Source: a virus (lineage: Duplodnaviria > Caudoviricetes). From it: DNA of 31,282 nt. The notes under the pieces are model-generated. The model was given only the letters and a program-made list of their open reading frames with translations, made no database searches and was not told where the DNA came from. The position numbers were made by a program, and so were the translations under genes. This document shows positions 17,158 through 26,308 of this stretch, one piece after another. The first letter of the stretch is position 1. Each line of letters begins with the position of its first letter. The stretch lies in the IMG/VR virus record IMGVR_UViG_3300032218_004080, positions 1 through 31,282 of that record. One strand, written 5' to 3'.

Positions 17158-17407
17158 GTCTATTGTTTTTAAAAATGGGACAGTAGTTGTATCCCAAATT
17201 GAAGAAGTTGAATCTGAACTTGGTGATCCAAATTGTAAATTAATTAAACCTTGTGAAATAAAAAAAGAATTAGATAATTTATATTTGGATAGATGGTTAT
17301 CTGACTATACAAAACAAGATGAAATATTAGTTAATTCTGACAGTATTCTTACAATTATTGATCCAAATTCAGATATTATTAAAAAATACATTGACATTAT
17401 TGCATAA
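17141..17407 (+). CDS. Conserved hypothetical protein, possible Sm-like fold
   Basis: MEATIKSIVFKNG...KLIKP...W...ILTIIDP; TAATG coupling to gp43. Confidence 0.75.
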   Translation: MEATIKSIVFKNGTVVVSQIEEVESELGDPNCKLIKPCEIKKELDNLYLDRWLSDYTKQDEILVNSDSILTIIDPNSDIIKKYIDIIA

Positions 17408-19908
17408 TGCGATTTTACACAAACGTCCAGATGGTCGGGGATAACTTCTTAGTTCGTGGTTATGAAAATGGAAAACATTTTATGACTCGTGAGAAGTTTA
17501 ACCCGACTCTTTTTGTCCCTGCCAATAAAAAAACTAAATATCAAACTTTAAATGGAGAATATGTAGAATCAGTTCAACCTGGATCTGTTCGTGATTGTAG
17601 AGAATTTGTTAAAAAGTATGAGAATGTACAAAACTTTAAAATCTTTGGAAATACTCAATACATTTATCAGTACATTTCAGACATTTATCCCGAAGAGGAA
17701 CTTAAGTTTGATATCAGCAAGATTAAAGTAACTACAATTGATATTGAGGTTGCATCTGAAAATGGATTCCCTGATGTAGAATCTGCTGCCGAAGAAGTTC
17801 TTTTGATTACTGTTCAAGATTATTCTTCAAAACAAATTCGTACTTGGGGAAAAGGTTCTTTCCAAAATAAACAAAAAAATGTTGAGTATCGATCATTTTC
17901 TAATGAATATGATCTTTTAAATGATTTTATTAATTGGTGGATGATTGAATCCAATACACCAGAAGTTGTAACTGGGTGGAATAGTAAGTTGTATGATATT
18001 CCATATTTGGTTCGTCGTATAGATCGTGTTCTTGGTGAAAAATTGATGAAACGTTTATCGCCTTGGGGACTTGTAACTGAAGATGAAACCTATATCTCTG
18101 GACGTAAACATCTTTGTTATGATATTGGAGGAATTTCGCAGTTAGATTATCTCGATCTTTATAAAAAATTTACATATAAAGCACAAGAATCTTATCGTTT
18201 GGATCATATTGTAAGTGTGGAATTATCTCAACAAAAGTTGGATCACTCTGAGTTTGATACTTTTAAAGATTTTTATACCAAAGGTTGGCAGAAATTTGTA
18301 GAATACAACATCAAGGACGTGGAACTTGTTGACCGTTTGGAAGACAAAATGAAACTAATTGAACTTGCTATTACTATGGCATATGATGCCAAAGCAAACT
18401 ATGAGGATGTATTTTCTCAAGTTCGGATGTGGGATACAATTATTTACAACTATCTTAAAAAAAGAAATATTGTAATTCCTCCTAAAGAACGTTCAGATAA
18501 AGATTCCAAGTATGCTGGTGCTTATGTAAAAGAACCCATTCCTGGTGTGTATGATTGGGTGGTTAACTTTGACCTTAACTCTCTATATCCTCACCTAATT
18601 ATGCAATACAACATAAGCCCTGAAACTTTGGTGGAACAAAGGCATCCTTCAGTAACTGTGGATAAGATTTTGAATCAAGAGATTGATTTTGAACCTTATA
18701 AAGAATATGCTGTTTGTGCAAATGGTGCGATGTATCGTAAAGATGTTCGTGGATTTCTTCCAGAACTGATGGAAAAGATTTATAAAGATCGAACCATCTA
18801 TAAGAAGAAAATGATTGAGGCAAAGCAACAATATGAGAAGAAGAAAACTAAAGAACTGGAAAAGGAGATTGCAAGGTGTAACAACATCCAAATGGCAAGG
18901 AAGATTCAACTTAATAGTGCTTATGGTGCTATTGGCAATCAGTACTTCCGTTATTTTAAATTAGCAAATGCTGAGGCAATTACTCTTTCTGGGCAAGTTT
19001 CAATTCGTTGGGTTGAAGATAAGATTAACAAGTACCTAAACAAAGTTCTTAAGACACAGGATGTTGATTATGTTATTGCTTCTGATACTGATTCCATTTA
19101 TCTTAATATGGGTCCTTTGGTGGAAACTATATACAAGGGAAGAGAGAAAACTACTGAAAGCGTTGTTTCGTTCCTTGATAAGGTCGCTAAGGTGGAACTT
19201 GAAAAACATATTGAAGGTTGCTACCAAGAACTGGCGGACTATGTGAATGCCTATGACCAGAAGATGCAGATGAAGCGTGAAAATATTGCCGACCGTGGAA
19301 TCTGGACTGCCAAGAAGCGTTATATCCTGAATGTTTGGGATAGTGAGGGTGTTCGTTATGATCAACCCAAACTGAAGATGATGGGTATTGAGGCAGTTAA
19401 ATCTTCGACTCCTGCACCTTGCCGTCAGATGATTAAGGATGGGTTAAAATTAATGATGAGTGGAACTGAAGAACAAGTGATTGAGTTTATTGATAAGTGC
19501 CGTTGTGAGTTTAAAAAACTTCCACCAGAACAGATTGCATTTCCTCGCACAGCATCTGATGTCCGCAAGTATTATTCCTCTTCGAACATTTATGCACCAA
19601 AAACTCCTATTCACATTCGTGGAGCACTTCTTTTTAATCATTATATTAAAAATAAAAATCTTACCAATAAGTATTCATTAATTGGTAATGGTGAAAAGGT
19701 CAAGTTTATTTTTTTGAAAAAACCGAATATTATTCAAGAAAATGTAATTTCTTTTATACAGGATTTCCCAAAAGAACTTGGTCTTGACAAATATATCGAC
19801 TATGAACTACAATTTGAAAAGAGTTTTATAGATCCACTTAAGTCAATTCTTGATGCAATTGGATGGAATGTTGAAAAAACTGTCAACCTTGAATTATTTT
19901 TTTCTTAA
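17407..19908 (+). CDS. gp43: Family B DNA polymerase gp43
   Basis: Exo DIE, FDLNSLYPH, KIQLNSAYG, SDTDS, KKRY; no intein or intron seen. Confidence 0.98.
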   Translation: MRFYTNVQMVGDNFLVRGYENGKHFMTREKFNPTLFVPANKKTKYQTLNGEYVESVQPGSVRDCREFVKKYENVQNFKIFGNTQYIYQYISDIYPEEELKFDISKIKVTTIDIEVASENGFPDVESAAEEVLLITVQDYSSKQIRTWGKGSFQNKQKNVEYRSFSNEYDLLNDFINWWMIESNTPEVVTGWNSKLYDIPYLVRRIDRVLGEKLMKRLSPWGLVTEDETYISGRKHLCYDIGGISQLDYLDLYKKFTYKAQESYRLDHIVSVELSQQKLDHSEFDTFKDFYTKGWQKFVEYNIKDVELVDRLEDKMKLIELAITMAYDAKANYEDVFSQVRMWDTIIYNYLKKRNIVIPPKERSDKDSKYAGAYVKEPIPGVYDWVVNFDLNSLYPHLIMQYNISPETLVEQRHPSVTVDKILNQEIDFEPYKEYAVCANGAMYRKDVRGFLPELMEKIYKDRTIYKKKMIEAKQQYEKKKTKELEKEIARCNNIQMARKIQLNSAYGAIGNQYFRYFKLANAEAITLSGQVSIRWVEDKINKYLNKVLKTQDVDYVIASDTDSIYLNMGPLVETIYKGREKTTESVVSFLDKVAKVELEKHIEGCYQELADYVNAYDQKMQMKRENIADRGIWTAKKRYILNVWDSEGVRYDQPKLKMMGIEAVKSSTPAPCRQMIKDGLKLMMSGTEEQVIEFIDKCRCEFKKLPPEQIAFPRTASDVRKYYSSSNIYAPKTPIHIRGALLFNHYIKNKNLTNKYSLIGNGEKVKFIFLKKPNIIQENVISFIQDFPKELGLDKYIDYELQFEKSFIDPLKSILDAIGWNVEKTVNLELFFS
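19784..19813 (+). promoter_or_regulatory. Possible internal sigma70 promoter in gp43 3' end
   Basis: TTGACA-18 nt-TACAAT. Confidence 0.5.
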
Positions 19909-20030
19909 TGGATTTGCCTATTACTGAACCAGAATTTAATTATATACTTGAAAAAGTTAAATCAAACAAACAATTATATAATAAACTTTGGTCATATTGG
20001 TTCAATTACAAATATCAAAATGGTAAATAA
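19908..20030 (+). CDS. 40-aa hypothetical protein (not in ORF track)
   Basis: MDLPITEPEFNYILEKVKSNKQLYNKLWSYWFNYKYQNGK; TAATG overlap with gp43 and fills the gap to uvsX. Confidence 0.65.
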   Translation: MDLPITEPEFNYILEKVKSNKQLYNKLWSYWFNYKYQNGK

Positions 20031-20032
20031 TT

Positions 20033-21040
20033 ATGGATTTTCTTAAAGACATTGTAAAAGAAATTGGTGGAGAATACACACAACTGGCATCAGATATTGA
20101 CGAAACTGAAACTTATGTTGACACAGGTTCGTACATATTTAATGCTCTTGTTAGTGGTAGTATCTTTGGTGGTGTATCTGGTAACAAGATTACTGCAATC
20201 GCAGGTGAAAGTTCTACAGGAAAAACTTTCTTTAGTTTGGCTGTGGTTAAGAATTTTCTTGATAATAATCCTACTGGATATTGCTTGTATTTCGATACTG
20301 AAGCTGCAATCACACGATCCTTATTGGAGAGCAGAGGTATTGACACAACTAGATTGGTTGTGGTTAATGTTGTTACAGTTGAAGAGTTTCGTGGTAAAGC
20401 ACTAAAAGCAGTTGATTTATACATGAAGAAACCTGAAGGAGAACGCAATCCTTGTATGTTTGTGTTAGACTCTTTGGGAATGCTTTCAACCAGTAAAGAA
20501 ATTAATGATGCTCTAAATGATAAAGAAACTAGGGATATGACCAAATCCCAACTTATCAAGGGTGCGTTCAGAATGCTCACTCTAAAACTTGGTCAAGCAA
20601 ACATTCCAATGATTGTAACCAATCATACCTACGATGTTATCGGTGCTTATGTTCCTACTAAAGAGATGGGAGGTGGTAGTGGTCTTAAGTATGCTGCTTC
20701 TACCATCATTCATCTCTCAAAGAAAAAGGAGAAGGATGGAACGGAAGTCATCGGAAATATTATCAAGGCAAAGACTGCTAAGTCGCGTTTAAGCAAAGAA
20801 AATCAGGACGTTGAAATTCGTCTTTATTATGATGAACGTGGACTTGATAAGTATTATGGTTTGCTTGAACTAGGAGAAATTGGGGGATTATGGAAAAATG
20901 TTGCAGGACGTTATGAAATTGATGGAAAAAAACTTTATGCAAAAGAAATTTTAAAAAATCCTGAAAAATATTTTACCGAAGAAGTAATGCAGCAACTTGA
21001 TGCTGCCGCGAAACAACAATTCTCTTATGGAACGAATTGA
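20033..21040 (+). CDS. uvsX: RecA-like recombinase UvsX
   Basis: AGESSTGKT, FVLDSLGML, NHTY, MGGGSGLKYAAS. Confidence 0.95.
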   Translation: MDFLKDIVKEIGGEYTQLASDIDETETYVDTGSYIFNALVSGSIFGGVSGNKITAIAGESSTGKTFFSLAVVKNFLDNNPTGYCLYFDTEAAITRSLLESRGIDTTRLVVVNVVTVEEFRGKALKAVDLYMKKPEGERNPCMFVLDSLGMLSTSKEINDALNDKETRDMTKSQLIKGAFRMLTLKLGQANIPMIVTNHTYDVIGAYVPTKEMGGGSGLKYAASTIIHLSKKKEKDGTEVIGNIIKAKTAKSRLSKENQDVEIRLYYDERGLDKYYGLLELGEIGGLWKNVAGRYEIDGKKLYAKEILKNPEKYFTEEVMQQLDAAAKQQFSYGTN

Positions 21041-22406
21041 GACTACAATTCTCAGAAACCTAGTATTTAATGAAGATTATTCTAGAAAAGTTATACCATT
21101 TATACAACCCGAATATTTTGAACAAAGATCTGAAAAAGTTTTATTTGAAGAAATTGTTAAGTTCATCGTCAAATATGGATCGGCAATTACAATTGAAGCA
21201 CTTAGTATTGAAGTAGAAAATAGAAATGATTTAACAGAATCTGAAATTAAAGAGGTTCGTGAACTTGTTTCTATTTTTCATGATGGCGTTGTTGAGAAGC
21301 AATGGATATTAGATACTACTGAAAAGTGGTGTCGAGATCGAGCAATTTATCTTGCTTTGATGGAATCTATTCATATTGCTGATGGTAATGATGGAAAGAA
21401 AAATCGGGATGCAATTCCTTCTATTCTTTCCGATGCTCTAGCAGTATCTTTTGATAATAATATTGGGCATGATTATTTACAAAACTACGAAGAACGATAT
21501 GAGTTTTATCACAGAAAAGAAGACAAAATTGAATTTGATCTCGAATATTTCAACAAAATCACAAAGGGTGGTCTCCCTAACAAAACTCTCAATATCGCAC
21601 TTGCTGGTACGGGTGTCGGGAAGTCTTTATTCATGTGCCATGTTGCTAGCTCCGTCTTGCTCCAGGGACGGAACGTACTGTACATTACGCTTGAAATGGC
21701 AGAGGAGCGCATTGCAGAAAGGATTGACGCTAACCTCCTGAATGTTCCTATCCAACAATTGGTTGATCTACCTCGCCAAATGTTTGAAACTAAAGTAAAT
21801 AGTATTGCTAAAAAAACACAAGGTTCTCTTGTGATCAAAGAGTATCCTACTGCTTCAGCACACTCGGGACATTTTAAGGCGCTTTTGAATGAACTTGCTC
21901 TTAAAAAATCATTCCGACCTGATATTATTTTTATTGATTACCTTAATATTTGTGCTTCCAGTAGGCATAAAGCAAATACTTCGGTTAATTCTTATACCTA
22001 TATTAAAGCAATTGCTGAAGAACTTAGAGGTCTTGCAGTTGAGTTTAATGTCCCTATCGTTTCCGCTACTCAGACTACTCGTAGTGGTTATGGGAACTCT
22101 GATGTTGAACTTACTGATACTAGTGAGTCCTTTGGTCTCCCTGCTACTGCTGATCTTATGTTTGCCCTTATTAGCACAGAAGAGTTGGAAGCATTAGGTC
22201 AAATCATGGTTAAACAATTAAAAAATAGATATAATGATCCAACAATCTTCAAACGTTTTGCTATTGGTATTGACCGTGCCAAAATGAGACTTTATGATGT
22301 TGAACAATCGGCACAAAAGGACATAGTTGACAGCGGACAAGAAGAGGAGTATAATTACGAAGAAAAGAAACCAAAAAAATCATTTGAGGGATTTAAATTT
22401 TCATGA
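21027..22406 (+). CDS. gp41: Replicative helicase gp41 (DnaB-like)
   Basis: AGTGVGKS, TLEMAEE, IDYLNI, ATQTTR, SESFG, KQLKNRY; start ATG 21027. Confidence 0.96.
   Translation: MERIETTILRNLVFNEDYSRKVIPFIQPEYFEQRSEKVLFEEIVKFIVKYGSAITIEALSIEVENRNDLTESEIKEVRELVSIFHDGVVEKQWILDTTEKWCRDRAIYLALMESIHIADGNDGKKNRDAIPSILSDALAVSFDNNIGHDYLQNYEERYEFYHRKEDKIEFDLEYFNKITKGGLPNKTLNIALAGTGVGKSLFMCHVASSVLLQGRNVLYITLEMAEERIAERIDANLLNVPIQQLVDLPRQMFETKVNSIAKKTQGSLVIKEYPTASAHSGHFKALLNELALKKSFRPDIIFIDYLNICASSRHKANTSVNSYTYIKAIAEELRGLAVEFNVPIVSATQTTRSGYGNSDVELTDTSESFGLPATADLMFALISTEELEALGQIMVKQLKNRYNDPTIFKRFAIGIDRAKMRLYDVEQSAQKDIVDSGQEEEYNYEEKKPKKSFEGFKFS
22327..22355 (+). promoter_or_regulatory. Consensus sigma70 promoter inside gp41 3' end
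   Basis: TTGACA-17 nt-TATAAT, ~48 nt before the mazG start. Confidence 0.78.
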
Positions 22407-22813
22407 CACAAAAAATTGATTTTGACAAATACCAAAACTTTGTAGATGCTGTTACATCTGATGCATCTAAAGATTTTCTTGCTCTATCTGATCGTATGGT
22501 TCAGTTGGATGAGAAAGGTGCAAATATTGAACGCCTTTTAACTGCTTCCGTTGGGATGAATGCAGAAGCAGGAGAGTTTTTAGAAATTGTAAAGAAAATG
22601 GTCTTCCAAGGTAAGTCTTGGAATGAAGAAACTCGTACTCATTTGATTAAGGAACTTGGTGATACGATGTGGTATGTTGCCCAAGCATGTATTGCTCTGG
22701 AAGTTTCCTTTGATGAAGTCATTCAAACGAATATTGATAAACTGATGAAGCGTTATCCTGACGGTTTCTTTGATGTTTATTATAGTGAAAATCGTGAAGA
22801 AGGAGACATCTGA
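22403..22813 (+). CDS. mazG: MazG-like nucleotide pyrophosphohydrolase
   Basis: EAGEFLEIVKK...ELGDTMWY...NIDKLMKRYP. Confidence 0.92.
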   Translation: MTQKIDFDKYQNFVDAVTSDASKDFLALSDRMVQLDEKGANIERLLTASVGMNAEAGEFLEIVKKMVFQGKSWNEETRTHLIKELGDTMWYVAQACIALEVSFDEVIQTNIDKLMKRYPDGFFDVYYSENREEGDI

Positions 22814-22989
22814 TGGCAAAATCGGTAACAATTAAAATGGATATTCGTTCTGCTGCAGCAGTTCGCCAAATTCTTTTTGAACATCAAAAAGGATACACAT
22901 ATAATGAGAGTTCTATTCCTCCTCGCATTATTGATATTCGTTCGGTAATTAATAATTTGGATATTGAAATAGAAAAAATAATTGAATAA
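22813..22989 (+). CDS. 58-aa hypothetical protein (not in ORF track)
   Basis: MAKSVTIKMDIRSAAAVRQILFEHQKGY...; TGATG coupling to mazG. Confidence 0.7.
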   Translation: MAKSVTIKMDIRSAAAVRQILFEHQKGYTYNESSIPPRIIDIRSVINNLDIEIEKIIE

Positions 22990-22991
22990 AA

Positions 22992-23504
22992 ATGAAAATT
23001 TATACTGAAGTTTTGACCGAAGAACTTTTGAATCTTTGTAAAGAAGATTTATTAAAAAAACAAAATCAACCAATCTGGGCATCTAATTGTTTAAATTGGG
23101 ATCATAATTTATTAGAAAATATTGATGGAACTTGTTTATTTTCAGGAATAAATGATACTAAAATTGAAAATTTATTAACTTCGGAATTATCAATTGCATT
23201 TGTTAATTGCGATTATAATGAATTAATTTATCAATATTATATTTGGGATTCTTATTCTGGAATATCTCCACATTATGATAATGAATATAAATTTGGAGCT
23301 ACTTTATATTTAAATTCCAATTCTATTATTGATGGTGGATTGTTTATTTGGAAGGATGAAGGATCTCCTGATGATTTTTATAGGTGTTTAAATCCGCAAG
23401 AAAATATGATGGTTGTGAATGACAATAAAGAAATTCATTTTGTTACTCCAATTTCTCCACATGCTAAAGAATATAGATGCACTATTCAAATTTGGGGAAA
23501 ATAA
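22992..23504 (+). CDS. 2OG-Fe(II) oxygenase (prolyl-4-hydroxylase-like)
   Basis: HxD (PHYD), TLYLN, GGLF, distal H (HFVTPI), R in RCTIQ. Confidence 0.85.
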   Translation: MKIYTEVLTEELLNLCKEDLLKKQNQPIWASNCLNWDHNLLENIDGTCLFSGINDTKIENLLTSELSIAFVNCDYNELIYQYYIWDSYSGISPHYDNEYKFGATLYLNSNSIIDGGLFIWKDEGSPDDFYRCLNPQENMMVVNDNKEIHFVTPISPHAKEYRCTIQIWGK

Positions 23505-23529
23505 ATAAGTAACCCTTCGGGGTTTTATT

Positions 23530-23600
23530 GGGGAATTAGTTAAACGGTATAACGGGTGCTTTGCAAGCACTTATTAGGAGTTCGATTCTCCTATTCTCCA
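23530..23600 (+). tRNA. tRNA-Ala(UGC)
   Basis: Acceptor GGGGAAT/ATTCTCC with G3:U70, anticodon arm GGTGC-TTTGCAA-GCACT, TTCGATT loop; CCA not encoded. Confidence 0.92.
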
Positions 23601-23604
23601 TTTT

Positions 23605-23677
23605 GCCCGTGTACTCCAACGGTAGAGAGAGTGGACTTAGAATCCATACAGTGGAAGTTCAAATCTTCTCACGGGCA
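23605..23677 (+). tRNA. tRNA-Leu(UAG), short variable loop
   Basis: Acceptor GCCCGTG/CACGGGC, A73, anticodon arm GTGGA-CTTAGAA-TCCAT, 5-nt variable loop, GGAAG-TTCAAAT-CTTCT. Confidence 0.88.
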
Positions 23678-23702
23678 CTAAATAAAAATAAAAGTTTTAA
23701 TT

Positions 23703-23933
23703 ATGAATTCAATAATTGTAGATATTATTAATTCATTTGAAAGCGATTCAAAAACAAGAACTTCCAAATATAAAGATTTTCTTGCATATGTTTATAAAAC
23801 ATTTGAAGATAAAATAAATTATTCTAAGCGAAAAAATATGAAGGATAAATATAAAAAGATAAGATTAAGTGTTTTAGAATACATAATAATAAACAAAAAA
23901 GAAATAACATCTAAAATCTGTACACATAAGTAA
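23703..23933 (+). CDS. Basic hypothetical protein
   Basis: 76 aa; CTAAATA at 23678-23684 upstream; TAATG coupling downstream. Confidence 0.65.
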   Translation: MNSIIVDIINSFESDSKTRTSKYKDFLAYVYKTFEDKINYSKRKNMKDKYKKIRLSVLEYIIINKKEITSKICTHK

Positions 23934-24526
23934 TGAAAAATTTTTCTCAATTTATTGAATCTCTAGCAACTTTTCAAGCAAAAAGATTGGGACTTGTTGG
24001 GGATGAGCATGGTGGATGGCATAATAATAAGACTGGAGAATTTGAAGCAAAAACTGTAGGTGGTAGATTACAGTTTTATAATAAGAGACAAAGATTAGGG
24101 CAACAAGATCCTAGACAAACTCCTAAAGAAAAAAATTTATCAAAATCAACTCCTCAAAATTCTTCAGTAATTGGTGAGCAAGAATTAAGAGAAAAATATA
24201 TTAGTGGGGAAATATTTAAAGAAGGTGATATTGTTGAAAGTTTAATTAACGGAATGTCTGGTAAAATAATTCGTAGAGGAACTAATCATTTAATATGTGT
24301 AACTGAAGATGGTATTATGTTCAAATCTTGGATAAAAGATGTTGTTGAAACATATAGTGAAAAGCATATGTCTAGAAAAATGAGAGATTCTAAACACCCC
24401 AATACTTTAATTGGAACTGAAGGTTATCTTAAAAATGTAATTGATAAAACACCAGGAGCACTTGATTATAATCAAGATTTAATTACTTACGGTAAGGAAT
24501 TCATAAATAAGTATAGAAAAAAGTAA
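23933..24526 (+). CDS. Homolog of the N- and C-terminal parts of the cyanophage cytidyltransferase, no catalytic domain visible
   Basis: QAKRLGLVGDEHGGW...FYNKRQ joined to LREKY...GKIIRRGTNHLICVTEDG; no HxGH-type motif. Confidence 0.6.
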   Translation: MKNFSQFIESLATFQAKRLGLVGDEHGGWHNNKTGEFEAKTVGGRLQFYNKRQRLGQQDPRQTPKEKNLSKSTPQNSSVIGEQELREKYISGEIFKEGDIVESLINGMSGKIIRRGTNHLICVTEDGIMFKSWIKDVVETYSEKHMSRKMRDSKHPNTLIGTEGYLKNVIDKTPGALDYNQDLITYGKEFINKYRKK

Positions 24527-24539
24527 ATTAAAAAATTCC

Positions 24540-26042
24540 ATGGCTTTAAATATAGGTGGTCCTCATCGTGGACATGCTGCTGGAAATACTGATGTTGAAA
24601 AGCAGGCATCCCAATTAGCTTCTGATGTTAAACTTAAAGTCAAAAAAGAAATGGGTCCTCATACTAATATGAACCCAGCTCAAGTTGCACAGGCATATTT
24701 GAGGAAACTTGCTTCTTCACCAGCACCAGGTCCCGTCAAAGCACTTGCCAGAAAAAAACTTTCTGTTGGTGTAAAAGAAGAGTATGGAATTGGTGATCTT
24801 GCAAAACAATCTGCAGTAAATGCTCTTCTTAAAGTTTTTGTTGAGGGTGTTAGTGTTGAAGAAGTTGAGGATATTGTAGAATCTGACGAAAAGAAATATT
24901 GGATAGTTGTTACTGATAAAAAGACTGGTAATACTTATCGTCGTCAAGCAACCCGTGCAAAAATTGCAGAACTTCGTTCAAATCCAAATATTAGAAGAGT
25001 TGAAATGACTGGTTATCATCCAAAAGAAACTGATGATAAACAAGGACGAAAAACATCTAAAGTAAAATCTGGACAAGGTTTGGATCCAGTTGGAAAAGAA
25101 GATGCAGATGTAAATAATAACGATATTAAGAATGATAAATCTGATAAGTATCTTTTAACGCGTCGTGCTGCTGTCGGTAATGCAATTTTATCTAGAGGAA
25201 CTCAAAAAGAAGAATTTATTGGTGAAGCAAAAAAAACAAAAAAGACAAAAACAAAAGATAGTACAATTACGGGTGAAGGAGTTAATAACTCAAAATATAT
25301 TAATTTGAAACCAACCATGGAGCAAACTACAGTTGTTGCTAATCCAAATCAACAACAAACTCCCACTCAACAAAAACCAAATCAAGATCCTGCATTAGAA
25401 GCAAAAAAGAAGCAGAAAATAATGCTTCAGAAAAAAATTGAAACAGATAAAATAAATCAGCTGAATAAAGGAATTCCTTTGACTCAATCTTATGATCCAG
25501 AAGGAGAATCGATTGAAGAAGTGGCACCTCCTGGATTTGAAAACACTATTAAAGCGATGAAAAACCATCCAGAACTTTCTAAAGGAAAAACTCCAAAAGG
25601 AAAGAAAAAGAACATCTATGCTCTTGCTTGGTATATGAAAAATAAAGGATATAAAAGTCATAGAACAGCAAGTGGTGCTATGAAGGAAGATGCAGATTGT
25701 GGATGTGACGAAAAACCAAAAATTAAAAAAAGTAAAGGTGGTAAAGTATCACCAGAAGAAATTAAAATAAATTCCAATCTTGCTAAAAATGAGTTAAGAT
25801 CGATGGGTTTAAATATGTCACATGAACCAAAAGGTGAAGTTGTTAATGAGGGGCCAGAAGATAGAGTAAATGATGAAAGACTTATGCGAGGTGGAGTTGG
25901 TGCTGGAAGAGGTTCTTCTCGCATGACTACTGGATCATCAAAACCATATGATCGCAAAACGACTGCAAAAAACAATAAAGAGGTAGTAGATCTTGTAAGA
26001 CAATCGATTATTGCTAAACATGGTAAAGATGCTTTAATGTAA
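24540..26042 (+). CDS. Large late protein, probable virion/prohead core associated
   Basis: 500 aa, CATAAATA at 24502-24509; lysine-rich blocks separated by Glu sites; DPVGKEDADVNNND motif. Confidence 0.65.
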   Translation: MALNIGGPHRGHAAGNTDVEKQASQLASDVKLKVKKEMGPHTNMNPAQVAQAYLRKLASSPAPGPVKALARKKLSVGVKEEYGIGDLAKQSAVNALLKVFVEGVSVEEVEDIVESDEKKYWIVVTDKKTGNTYRRQATRAKIAELRSNPNIRRVEMTGYHPKETDDKQGRKTSKVKSGQGLDPVGKEDADVNNNDIKNDKSDKYLLTRRAAVGNAILSRGTQKEEFIGEAKKTKKTKTKDSTITGEGVNNSKYINLKPTMEQTTVVANPNQQQTPTQQKPNQDPALEAKKKQKIMLQKKIETDKINQLNKGIPLTQSYDPEGESIEEVAPPGFENTIKAMKNHPELSKGKTPKGKKKNIYALAWYMKNKGYKSHRTASGAMKEDADCGCDEKPKIKKSKGGKVSPEEIKINSNLAKNELRSMGLNMSHEPKGEVVNEGPEDRVNDERLMRGGVGAGRGSSRMTTGSSKPYDRKTTAKNNKEVVDLVRQSIIAKHGKDALM

Positions 26043-26077
26043 TAAATAGGAAAGGATACTCTTTACACGAGGTTATT

Positions 26078-26257
26078 ATGACAGCAGTAATCGCATTTTT
26101 AGTCGCTAATAAAGGTTTGATTGCAACTATCGCATTTGCAATCTCCGAAGCACTTGGCGCAAATCCAAAAGTAAAAGCAAACGGTATTCTTTCACTTATT
26201 CTTCTTCAAGCACAATCAGCTTTGAAAAAAGAAGGTGCTAAAGATTTAACTCCCTGA
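26078..26257 (+). CDS. 59-aa hydrophobic protein, holin-like candidate (not in ORF track)
   Basis: MTAVIAFLVANKGLIATIAFAISEALGANPKVKANGILSLILLQAQSALKKEGAKDLTP; AATAAATA at 26041, GAGG SD. Confidence 0.65.
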   Translation: MTAVIAFLVANKGLIATIAFAISEALGANPKVKANGILSLILLQAQSALKKEGAKDLTP

Positions 26258-26276
26258 TATTTTAATATTAAATTAT

Positions 26277-26308
26277 AAAGGAGACCAAAATAAAGGTCTC
26301 CTTTTTTT
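26277..26308 (+). terminator. Intrinsic terminator
   Basis: AAAGGAGACC-aaaataaa-GGTCTCCTTT followed by T tract. Confidence 0.75.

Noticed and set aside
17407-22406. Inteins or introns in gp43, uvsX, gp41
   Set aside because: Lengths are normal and motifs contiguous; same for the visible part of nrdA
23388-23570. Minus-strand 60-aa ORF
   Set aside because: Overlaps the oxygenase and tRNA-Ala antisense
23605-23677. TAG anticodon as amber suppressor or sign of recoding
   Set aside because: Anticodon UAG reads CUA (Leu); a suppressor needs CUA, and genes are intact under the standard code
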